From Acidimicrobiia bacterium (GTDB lineage Bacteria; Actinomycetota; Acidimicrobiia; ATN3; PSLF01), in the NCBI GenBank assembly GCA_040289475.1, contig PSLF01000008.1:21224-85223 (forward strand): a stretch of DNA of 64,000 bases, given 5' to 3'. A program made the translations under genes and the position numbers. The notes below the pieces were generated by a model, which had not been told where the DNA came from, ran no database searches, and was given only the letters and a program-made list of their open reading frames with translations. Positions 9,565-17,931 of the stretch are shown in pieces (the stretch's first letter is position 1; each line of letters opens with the position of its first letter).

Positions 9565-10836
9565 GTGATAGGAACGAGGAGGGCGGCGGGCACGTTGGAA
9601 AGTAATACCTATGGTCAAACTCCTGACGAACACTCAGAAGGAGTGCCACAACGCCGGCACGTCCAGCCTGGCCGAGGACTCCAAAGGGGCGCTGGACGAA
9701 TCCGATCGAGTCTGAGAAAGCTGTTCGGTCGCCGCGAGCGTGCCCAACATGCTGTTGAGGACGAATGGTACATTCCCCCCGAGTACCAAACTAGTTGGCA
9801 AGGACCGTCCGCCGAGATTCTCTCCGAGCCAGATACCCATTTGCATTCTCCAAGTCAATGGATCCTTCCCTCTCCGACCGAGGAGTCTTTGAGGAGAGCA
9901 GAAGAGAGGGGATTTGTAACGGCTGCAGGACTCTCGAGTCGGAGCGGGATCTCTAGCGAAGAGCCGTATCGTCTATCGCAACCGGTCATTGATGAAACTG
10001 AGATTTCCCAGCCTCGCTTCGTCTCCAAAGAGCCCGAGTCGTCGGCCGGCCTTCCCGAGTGGGTGATATCTGAATACGTCGAGAGCGAGGCAGCAATACC
10101 GTCGGCTCCTAAGGTTCTACCTCCCCAAACCGAGCCAGATGATAAAGGGGTTTCCGGTGGCGTGCCCTCTCCAAAAGAGGGTGGGGACGCAAGCTTTACG
10201 ATCGTCGAGCACAGCACCGAGCCGATAGGAGGCTACCTAGCCGACCTGGGCTTAGAGCAGGGCCAACGACGGCCGGTGGCCGAACAGCCGCCTCCAGCCC
10301 CCGATGAGTATCGCTTTTCGAAACAACCCGACAGAGATACTTTGGAGGCGGTCTACCTACCCGCGGCTCCCCCCGAGCCGCTCCCGGGAACGGAGGATGC
10401 CTTCGGCTCCGTGGAACAGCCTGCTCCCCCGGAGCCTCCGCCCCCGCCTCCTATAGCCGTGGCGAAGTCCACAGGCTCATTCGAGGCAGTCGATGAAAAA
10501 AAACCCACCCAACCTTCAGCACTGAGCGCCTCGAGCGCAGGCAAAGACAGAGCTGCGTCGGGTGGAAGAATTGGTCAAAAGTTGCACGGACCTCCGGCGT
10601 TTGCAGCGGAACCAGATATACGCCATGTAGTCCTTGGATTCAAGGATGGGACGGCCGTTTTCTTGGAGCCTGAGCATCCCCTCTTTTCGTTGTTCTTCCA
10701 ATGGAGCGAGCTGGTAGCCGGCCCCGAGACGCCACCCAAGGCCTACGCAAGGAGGCAGGCTCAGCACAAGATTTATCTGGGCAAGCCGCCGAGGGGAAAG
10801 CCCAAAAAATCTATGAAGAAAAAGGCGGGTGGTTGA
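9565..10836 (+). CDS. Proline-rich hypothetical protein with Lys-rich C-terminal tail
   Basis: 423-aa ORF, very Pro/Glu/Ser-rich (PAPPEPPPPPPIAVAK); ends KPPRGKPKKSMKKKAGG; no recognisable domain; co-oriented between the GTPase and pilB. Confidence 0.5.
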   Translation: MIGTRRAAGTLESNTYGQTPDEHSEGVPQRRHVQPGRGLQRGAGRIRSSLRKLFGRRERAQHAVEDEWYIPPEYQTSWQGPSAEILSEPDTHLHSPSQWILPSPTEESLRRAEERGFVTAAGLSSRSGISSEEPYRLSQPVIDETEISQPRFVSKEPESSAGLPEWVISEYVESEAAIPSAPKVLPPQTEPDDKGVSGGVPSPKEGGDASFTIVEHSTEPIGGYLADLGLEQGQRRPVAEQPPPAPDEYRFSKQPDRDTLEAVYLPAAPPEPLPGTEDAFGSVEQPAPPEPPPPPPIAVAKSTGSFEAVDEKKPTQPSALSASSAGKDRAASGGRIGQKLHGPPAFAAEPDIRHVVLGFKDGTAVFLEPEHPLFSLFFQWSELVAGPETPPKAYARRQAQHKIYLGKPPRGKPKKSMKKKAGG

Positions 10837-11084
10837 AGGATTCTGCATCCGTGCTCGGGCGCTGTGGGGGGCTTCTTTGAAATCATGGACTCTATTCAAG
10901 GATCGGAATCCACACCTGAAGTTGATGGCTAGAACATCCGATACTTATTCGCGACCACGCTCGCTAACTCGACGGGTGCGACAGGACGAGTCGCCCTGTT
11001 TTCTGGGAGGCATGCAATTACGAGCTGGCTCATTTGGGGCGCGGTTAATCTGGGTGGGTAGAAAGGTGCCGGAGGAGTCGATTC

Positions 11085-12755
11085 GTGGCAGAAGAAGATG
11101 TCACTAGCTTCGGGATGCTTCTTGTCGAAGAGGGAATAATAGACGAGTCTCAGCTCGACGAAGTTTTGGCTGAGTACGAGGAGACAGGAAAACCTATCGG
11201 CCGCATCCTGATCGAAAAGGGGTTTCTTACCGAGGAAGACCTTCTGGCGGTTCTCGCCGATCAAGCAGGATTTGAGTTCGTAGACCTGAGTGAACACCCT
11301 GTAGATCCATCCGCAGCTGCCTTGATCCCTGACTCAATTTGCCGTCGTTATGGCCTTATCGCTATCGGATTCAACGGCGACAAGCTGGTTGTCGCCATGT
11401 CCGATCCTCAAAACGTCATTGCCCGCGATGACGTGAAGTCTATTTCCGGCAGAGACATCGAGATTGTTGTAGCCGCGCCCGGGGCAATTCTCGAGGCTTT
11501 GGACCGGATCTCGAGACTCGACACGGACATTGAGGCCTTCGCTGGCGAGCAAGAAGTTGAAGAAGATCTTTCGAAGCTGAAGGAGATAAGCGAGGACGCC
11601 CCCGCCGTCCGCTTCGTCAACATGGTGATTTCCCAGGCTGTCCAAGACAGGGCATCCGACATTCATGTCGAACCGCAAAACCGTGACGTGGTCATCCGGT
11701 ATCGCATAGATGGCGTCCTTAAAGAACACATGAGAAGCGGCAAGTCAATCCATCCAGCCATCATCAGCCGCTTGAAAATAATGGCGGACATGGATATCGC
11801 AGAGCACCGAATCCCCCAGGACGGACGCATTTCTATGAAGATTATGGGCCGAGAGATAGACATGCGCTGTTCGTGTGTGCCCACAGTGTGGGGGGAAAAG
11901 TTCGTGATGCGAATTCTTGACAAGCAAGCGGGCATTGTTTCTCTCGACAAGCTAGGTCTGCTTGAAGAAAATGCACGCAAGCTCCAGGCCGCTTATACAA
12001 AACCGTACGGGGCGATCTTTTGCTCGGGACCTACGGGCTCGGGAAAGACGACGACTTTGTACTCGATCCTCAAGGTGATCGCTTCTCCTGATAAAAACAC
12101 GGTCACTGTCGAGGACCCTGTCGAGTACAAGATTCCAGGCTTGAACCAGGTTCAAGTGAACGCGAAGGCCGGGCTTACGTTCGCCAATGCGCTGAGAGGA
12201 ATCGTACGAGGTGACCCCGACATCATCATGGTGGGCGAGATCCGAGACTTGGAGACCGCTCACATCGCCGTAGAGTCGGCTTTGACCGGCCACCTAGTGC
12301 TTTCGAGTATCCACACCAACGACGCGCCCTCTACCCCTGCTCGGCTCGTCGAGATGGGAGTGGAGCCCTACTTGGTAGGGTCGGCGCTGGACTGCGTGGT
12401 CTCCCAGCGCCTTGCCCGGCGCTTGTGCGAGCGCTGTAAGGAGCCGTACCAGCCGACCGAAGAGATGCTGGTTAACATAGGTTGGCCCCTCGAGGAGGAG
12501 CGGGAATTGCCCGTGCTCTATAAAGCGGTCGGATGCGGACACTGTTCGAAGACTGGATACAGAGGGCGAATTGCTCTCCATGAGATCATGTTAGTTACCG
12601 AAGAAATTGAGAGAATGGTTGTCGAGCGCAGGACTTCCGAGGAGATTAAGAAAGTCGCAGTGATGGAGGGGATGAAGCCCCTCCGACTCGACGGATTGGC
12701 CAAAGTACGGATGGGCATAACCACTCTTGACGAGGTCATGAGGGTAGTGGTCTAG
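11085..12755 (+). CDS. pilB: Type IV pilus assembly ATPase PilB (GspE family) with N-terminal T2SSE_N/MshEN-like domain
   Basis: Walker A GPTGSGKTT, Asp/His boxes, tetracysteine CERC...CGHC; N-terminal repeated LLVEEGIIDESQLDEVL / ILIEKGFLTEEDLLAVLADQ motifs. Confidence 0.93.
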   Translation: MAEEDVTSFGMLLVEEGIIDESQLDEVLAEYEETGKPIGRILIEKGFLTEEDLLAVLADQAGFEFVDLSEHPVDPSAAALIPDSICRRYGLIAIGFNGDKLVVAMSDPQNVIARDDVKSISGRDIEIVVAAPGAILEALDRISRLDTDIEAFAGEQEVEEDLSKLKEISEDAPAVRFVNMVISQAVQDRASDIHVEPQNRDVVIRYRIDGVLKEHMRSGKSIHPAIISRLKIMADMDIAEHRIPQDGRISMKIMGREIDMRCSCVPTVWGEKFVMRILDKQAGIVSLDKLGLLEENARKLQAAYTKPYGAIFCSGPTGSGKTTTLYSILKVIASPDKNTVTVEDPVEYKIPGLNQVQVNAKAGLTFANALRGIVRGDPDIIMVGEIRDLETAHIAVESALTGHLVLSSIHTNDAPSTPARLVEMGVEPYLVGSALDCVVSQRLARRLCERCKEPYQPTEEMLVNIGWPLEEERELPVLYKAVGCGHCSKTGYRGRIALHEIMLVTEEIERMVVERRTSEEIKKVAVMEGMKPLRLDGLAKVRMGITTLDEVMRVVV

Positions 12756-12775
12756 AGTCGATGCGGTGATGAGAG

Positions 12776-14434
12776 ATGGCAACTACAGCGGATAGACTCG
12801 GTCACTTCTTAGTGGAGAAGGGATTTATAAGCCCCGAGGAGCTTGCCGATGCTACGGCAAGAGCTCAGGCATCGAACACCCCCCTTCCTAGACTTCTTTT
12901 GCATGAAGGAAGACTCACCGAAAAGCAGCTTCTAATGGCAGTAGCTGCCCAAAACGGTATGCGTTTTTTCGACTTTGCTGCCGAGCCCATGCACCCCGAG
13001 GCAGTGGGAATGGTCCCGCCGGAGATATGCCACCGCTTCAACGTGATAGGTGTGGGCATAGAAGGCCAAAACCTTGTGCTGGCGATGGCGGATCCAAAGA
13101 ACTCCGATGCTATTCAGGCTGTCCAACAAGCGACGGGCTGGATGGTGACCCCATGTCTCGCTGACAAAAACGAGGTCAATGCCGCCATAAAGCAGGTTCA
13201 TGGAGGTATACCGCCTGGCGGTGTAGATGGACGGCCCGGTGCTGGGGGAACCTCCGGACGCCTCATGACCGGAGACGTCAAGCTCGGTGGAGCAGATGAT
13301 CGACTGATGGAAGCCGCCCGGGCGGTAAAAGAAGAAGCTCCACCCGTCCAGGTGCAGCGAAGCGCAGAGGACATTCACGTCAACGAGTTGTTGGAGATCG
13401 TTTTAGAGAGAGGCGCATCGGACTTGCACCTCACGGTTGGCGCTCATCCGACCGTGAGGATCCACGGCGACCTCCATCCGCTTACCGAGTTCCCGATTCT
13501 CAAGCCAGGCCCGCTGCGCAAGATGATCTACGCTATACTCACGCAAAAACAGCGCGAGAAGCTTGAGTCTGAGCTGGAACTGGACATGTCGCATCCCCTG
13601 CCGGGGAAAGCCCGTTTTCGTGTCAACGTCTTTTTCCAAAGGGACTCGATCGGCGCTGTGATGCGAGTCATACCGATGAACATTTTGCCCTTGGAGAAAC
13701 TCGGGCTTCCGCCAGTGTTGACGAGCTTCGCGTATCTACCGAGAGGACTCATACTCGTAACCGGACCCACCGGCTCCGGAAAGTCAACCACTCTCGCTTC
13801 AATCATCGACATCGTCAACCGAGAGCGTCCCGTCCACATCATGACTGTAGAAGATCCCATCGAGTTTCTTCACACCCACAAAAGGGCACTCGTAAACCAA
13901 AGAGAGGTCGGTGAGGACACACATAGCTTTGCTAGCGCTTTGAAGCGGGTACTACGCCAGGATCCAGACGTGATTCTGGTCGGCGAGATGCGCGATCTCG
14001 AAACGATTGCCACAGCCATAACTGCGGCCGAGACAGGCCACTTGGTCTTTGGAACTTTGCATACACAAGATGCTCCTCAATCGATTGACCGCATAATCGA
14101 CGTGTTCCCGCCCCATCAGCAGCAACAAGTCAGGGTTCAGCTAGCCTCCTCGCTTCAGGCGGTTTGTACCCAGCAGCTTCTTCAGACAGCCGATGGAAAG
14201 GGGAGAGTCGTAGCTTGCGAGGTCTTGATTTGTACGCCGGCGGTGCGAAACTTGATAAGAGAGGGCAAGACTCACCAGATCTACTCCGTCATGCAGGCCG
14301 GCGGGCGCTTTGGCATGCAGACTATGGACCAGTCGCTGGCGGATCTAGTAAAAGCTGGTCGTATAAGCCTAGACATGGCGCGAGAGCGGTGTGCAAACGA
14401 AGAAGATCTCATGAGGCTGTTGGGAAGGATCTAA
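12776..14434 (+). CDS. pilT: Twitching-motility retraction ATPase PilT with extra ~190-aa N-terminal T2SSE_N/MshEN-like domain
   Basis: PilT core (Walker A GPTGSGKST, AVRNLIREG, GMQTMDQSL) with no Cys4 zinc site; preceded by RLGHFLVEKGFISPEELADA GspE-N-type domain. Confidence 0.9.
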   Translation: MATTADRLGHFLVEKGFISPEELADATARAQASNTPLPRLLLHEGRLTEKQLLMAVAAQNGMRFFDFAAEPMHPEAVGMVPPEICHRFNVIGVGIEGQNLVLAMADPKNSDAIQAVQQATGWMVTPCLADKNEVNAAIKQVHGGIPPGGVDGRPGAGGTSGRLMTGDVKLGGADDRLMEAARAVKEEAPPVQVQRSAEDIHVNELLEIVLERGASDLHLTVGAHPTVRIHGDLHPLTEFPILKPGPLRKMIYAILTQKQREKLESELELDMSHPLPGKARFRVNVFFQRDSIGAVMRVIPMNILPLEKLGLPPVLTSFAYLPRGLILVTGPTGSGKSTTLASIIDIVNRERPVHIMTVEDPIEFLHTHKRALVNQREVGEDTHSFASALKRVLRQDPDVILVGEMRDLETIATAITAAETGHLVFGTLHTQDAPQSIDRIIDVFPPHQQQQVRVQLASSLQAVCTQQLLQTADGKGRVVACEVLICTPAVRNLIREGKTHQIYSVMQAGGRFGMQTMDQSLADLVKAGRISLDMARERCANEEDLMRLLGRI

Positions 14435-14500
14435 AGGATCTAATGGGTACCGGGCGGAGCTTATTATCTGTAGGTAGCTCAATTAGGAGAGGAGCTTACG

Positions 14501-15712
14501 GTGCCTGACACGTTTGTATATAAAGTGCGCGATTCTCAGGGCCAACTTATCGAGGGCGAACTGGCTGCAGACAATGCCACCGTTGTCACAGCCAAGCTAC
14601 GTGAGATGGGATACATACCCATCGAGATCTCCAAGAAACAAGAGGGCCTAAAGCGCGAGATCACGATCGGCGGCAACAAGGTCAAACTAAAGGACCTGGC
14701 GGTCTTTTCTCGCCAGTTTGCCACAATGATCAATTCGGGCCTGTCGCTTCTGCGATCGTTGAACATCCTGGCCGAGCAGACCGAGTCGAAGCCGCTGCGC
14801 GAAACCATAAGACAAGTGAGGGACGAGATAGAGGGAGGGGGGTCTCTGTCGTCAGCGCTTGCCAAGCATCCCAAGGTCTTCAACGACCTGTACGTCTCGA
14901 TGGTCCGCTCGGGAGAAACCGGCGGAAACCTCGATTTGGTTCTCTTGCGGCTAGCTGAGACGATCGAAAAGCAGGTGGCACTGAGAAGCGAGATCAAGTC
15001 AGCCATGACTTATCCGGTCGTGGTGTTCGTGATGGTCGTACTGATAGTCACGGCGATGCTGATCTTCATAGTGCCCATGTTCGAGAACCTCTACAAAGAG
15101 CTGGGAGGCACGCTGCCAGCTCCGACGAGGATTTTGATCGGTGTTTCCAACCTCATAAAGAGCTTATGGTGGCTGGTGATTCTCCTTGGCGTAGGGGCGT
15201 TCTTCGGACTGAGGGCGTGGAAGAAAACCGAGTCGGGTCGAATGATCTTCGACTCTTTCAAGATCAAGGTTCCAGTGTTCGGACCGCTCTTTCACAAGGT
15301 GGCCCTTTCCCGCTTTTCAAGAACCCTCTCGGATCTCATACGATCGGGTGTGCCTATCTTGGAAAGCTTGGACATTGTGTCGGGAACGGTGAACAACGCA
15401 GTGGTCTCCAAGGCAATCCTCGCTGTCCAAGAGAGCGTGAAGAGCGGCGAGAGTATTGCGAGGCCTCTCCTAGAGCACTCGGTCTTCCCACCGATGGTAG
15501 TGCAGATGATCGCCGTTGGAGAGGAGACAGGCGCCTTGGACACTATGCTCACCAAAATAGCTGACTTTTATGATCAAGAAATTGAGGCTACGGTACAGGC
15601 ACTCACTTCGCTCATCGAGCCAATCCTTATAGCAGTGATGGGCGCCGCTGTAGGGGGGATGGTTATTGCCTTGTACATGCCGATGTTCAACATCGTCAAC
15701 CTCATCAAGTAG
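14501..15712 (+). CDS. pilC: Type IV pilus platform protein PilC (GspF family)
   Basis: 403 aa, two GspF repeats, three TM segments. Confidence 0.92.
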   Translation: MPDTFVYKVRDSQGQLIEGELAADNATVVTAKLREMGYIPIEISKKQEGLKREITIGGNKVKLKDLAVFSRQFATMINSGLSLLRSLNILAEQTESKPLRETIRQVRDEIEGGGSLSSALAKHPKVFNDLYVSMVRSGETGGNLDLVLLRLAETIEKQVALRSEIKSAMTYPVVVFVMVVLIVTAMLIFIVPMFENLYKELGGTLPAPTRILIGVSNLIKSLWWLVILLGVGAFFGLRAWKKTESGRMIFDSFKIKVPVFGPLFHKVALSRFSRTLSDLIRSGVPILESLDIVSGTVNNAVVSKAILAVQESVKSGESIARPLLEHSVFPPMVVQMIAVGEETGALDTMLTKIADFYDQEIEATVQALTSLIEPILIAVMGAAVGGMVIALYMPMFNIVNLIK

Positions 15713-15837
15713 ATGGCAGAAACTATTATTGCAAGACCCCTAAAGGCCGGTTGCTTCGCGACCGATACCCTAAACAGCCTGAGGCGAGAGGTTGCATCTT
15801 GCCCAGGTGAGTCCAAAAAGAAAGGAGGTGATACAAG

Positions 15838-16383
15838 ATGATGTGGCTCAGAAAAGACCTAAAGGGTAAAGACGAGGGCTTTACCTTGATCGAGCTGATG
15901 GTGGTGGTGCTGATCATTGCAATACTTATCTCCATCGCCATCCCGACGTTTTTGGGAGCCCGGCGTCGTGCCCAGAACCGTGCGGCTCAGTCGAACCTGC
16001 GCAACGCACTAACGACGGAGAAGACCTACTACGTCGACACCCAGCGCTACACCGATGTCCCGGCGCAGCTCCAGCAAGTGGAGAACTCGCTGCTCTGGGT
16101 GAACAACGCTACGGTCAATTCCACTAACTGCGCAGCCGCTCAGCGTCGGGTATGTGTTGCAATCCAAAACATACTGACGACTGTAGCCGCAGCCTACAAC
16201 GGCGGAACAGCGGCTGCTTCCGGGAACAACTACAACCTCGGTGACGAGGCGATAAGTGGTGGATCGGGAGCAGGAACATGGTATGCCTGCAACGACGGCT
16301 CAGCTGACCTCAACATCGGTCCTTTACCTGGAGCAGTCGCCGGAGCAAGCCAAGACCAAAACCAAGGTTGGATGTGCTCTTAG
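15838..16383 (+). CDS. pilA: Type IVa major pilin (prepilin with class III signal peptide)
   Basis: Leader MMWLRKDLKGKDEG / FTLIELMVVVLIIAILISIAIP (Gly-1, Phe+1, Glu+5); C-terminal Cys pairs for a D-region disulfide. Confidence 0.9.
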   Translation: MMWLRKDLKGKDEGFTLIELMVVVLIIAILISIAIPTFLGARRRAQNRAAQSNLRNALTTEKTYYVDTQRYTDVPAQLQQVENSLLWVNNATVNSTNCAAAQRRVCVAIQNILTTVAAAYNGGTAAASGNNYNLGDEAISGGSGAGTWYACNDGSADLNIGPLPGAVAGASQDQNQGWMCS

Positions 16384-16420
16384 CGATTCCACTCCCAGGC
16401 GTTGGGGTCAGACTCTGTGA

Positions 16421-16460
16421 GCGAAAGGGGCGCCATATGGCGCCCCTTTTCGCTATTTGA
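16421..16460 (+). terminator. Rho-independent terminator downstream of pilA
   Basis: Near-perfect GC-rich palindrome aaaggggcgcca-ta-tggcgcccctttt followed by a T-rich tract, 38 nt after the pilA stop. Confidence 0.8.
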
Positions 16461-16528
16461 CGATCCAAACTTGTTGGCTCTCTTATTGTCCCGACGTATT
16501 CTGTGGCGACTAAAGGAGTCGGTCTGGG

Positions 16529-17362
16529 TTGAATTCTTTCCAGGACTGGACGATCGTCGTTTTTTGGACGCTTGTGGGATTGATTTTTGGTTCGTTCGTC
16601 AACGTGATCGTAACGAGGGTCCCAGAAGGGCGGTCGATCGTTCATCCACCGTCTCGGTGTCCCCACTGCCTGGCACCCATAGGTTTTTGGGAGAACATCC
16701 CAATTATCTCTTACTTTTTTTTAGGTGGTAGGTGTAGGCACTGCAAAGAGCCGATCGGATGGAGGTACCCCGCTACCGAAGCTGGGGTAGCCGTTGCCTT
16801 CGGCGTCGTGGTCTGGAGGCTGTGGGTGACAGCCAACAGGCCTGCGGCTGCGATTCTCGTTATGGCAGCTACAGTCGTCTTTGTCTCGGTAGCGATCATA
16901 GACGCCAAGACAAAGCGCATTCCTCGGAAGCTCGTGTACTGGGGACTGGTCATGGTGATCCCCTTGAGCGTAGTCGTAGCTCTCTATGAAGCACGCCCTG
17001 CGGCGTTGATTATTGCACTGGCTTCCTCGATGGGTTATGGGATCGCATTGTTTGCGATCCACAGCATCGATCCACGGTGGATGGGCTTTGGAGATGTACG
17101 CTATGCCTTTTTCCTAGGTTGGGTGTTGGGATACTTCGGGTGGTGGTATCCGCTCGCTGGCTTTATGCTGGCATTGGTAATTGGAAGTGTCGTGGGGCTT
17201 ACGCTTGTCGCAGTAGGCAAGAGCCGATTGGGAAAAACTATTCCCTTTGGCCCGTTTCTTTCTCTTGGGGCCTATGCGGTACTTCTGTGGGGTTGCGAGC
17301 TTGCCGGCTTGTATCTACACCTCATGGGTCTTCCCCTTGCAGGATGCCGAACGTTACCCTAA
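16529..17362 (+). CDS. pilD: Prepilin peptidase / N-methyltransferase (A24 family)
   Basis: N-terminal CPHC...CRHC zinc motif; multi-TM A24 peptidase core with catalytic Asp region (GFGDVRYAFFLG). Confidence 0.9.
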   Translation: MNSFQDWTIVVFWTLVGLIFGSFVNVIVTRVPEGRSIVHPPSRCPHCLAPIGFWENIPIISYFFLGGRCRHCKEPIGWRYPATEAGVAVAFGVVVWRLWVTANRPAAAILVMAATVVFVSVAIIDAKTKRIPRKLVYWGLVMVIPLSVVVALYEARPAALIIALASSMGYGIALFAIHSIDPRWMGFGDVRYAFFLGWVLGYFGWWYPLAGFMLALVIGSVVGLTLVAVGKSRLGKTIPFGPFLSLGAYAVLLWGCELAGLYLHLMGLPLAGCRTLP

Positions 17363-17404
17363 GCGCGGCGAGCTTGCCCGCTTGTATCTACACCTCATGG
17401 GTCT
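17295..17404 (+). repeat. 37-bp direct repeat (1 mismatch, 73-bp period) spanning the pilD stop codon
   Basis: gcgagcttgccggcttgtatctacacctcatgggtct at 17295-17331 is repeated at 17368-17404 with gccggc changed to gcccgc. Confidence 0.85.
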
Positions 17405-17703
17405 GGCTCTGCGATAGACATCCGAGCTTGCGCCAATAGTGCTTTACAAAGCAGGAATTTGCTTGTATTGTTATACCACAATTTTTGGGGCACACAAGAT
17501 GTGGCGGAGTTGGCGGCGCCGGCGGGTCCGGCCCGACCGATCTCCGCCGTTCTCTATCTAAGAGGACATGTAAGGGGCTCGCCTCGATGGGGGGCCTGGG
17601 GACAGTGTTAGATGTGTGACTGAAGATTGCTGGAGTTGTCTAGGTATCAAGATTTTGCAACCTTTGGACGATTTAGGAAAAGCGAGTCGTACAATGCAAG
17701 CAA

Positions 17704-17931
17704 TTGACTCGAAGCGAGTGGGTTTTGTCAAGAGCAGAAGTACCACCAAAGGTCGAGTTACTGACCGTGCGGGAGGTCGCAGGGCTCACCCGGGTCTCGA
17801 CCATGACGGTGTATCGGCTAATCAAACGGGGAGAGCTTCCGGCGGTGAGAGTAGGTCGCTCTTACAGAATTCGGAGGCAAGATTTGATCCGCTATTTGCT
17901 TAGCTCTTCTACCGCAGAGGAGAGGTCGTAG
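17704..17931 (+). CDS. Helix-turn-helix DNA-binding protein (excisionase/MerR-like HTH_17 family)
   Basis: LLTVREVAGLTRVSTMTVYRLIKRGELPAVRVGRSYRIRRQDL is a typical HTH_17 motif; stop overlaps the pilM start; true start probably internal (VELLTVREV). Confidence 0.7.
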   Translation: MTRSEWVLSRAEVPPKVELLTVREVAGLTRVSTMTVYRLIKRGELPAVRVGRSYRIRRQDLIRYLLSSSTAEERS

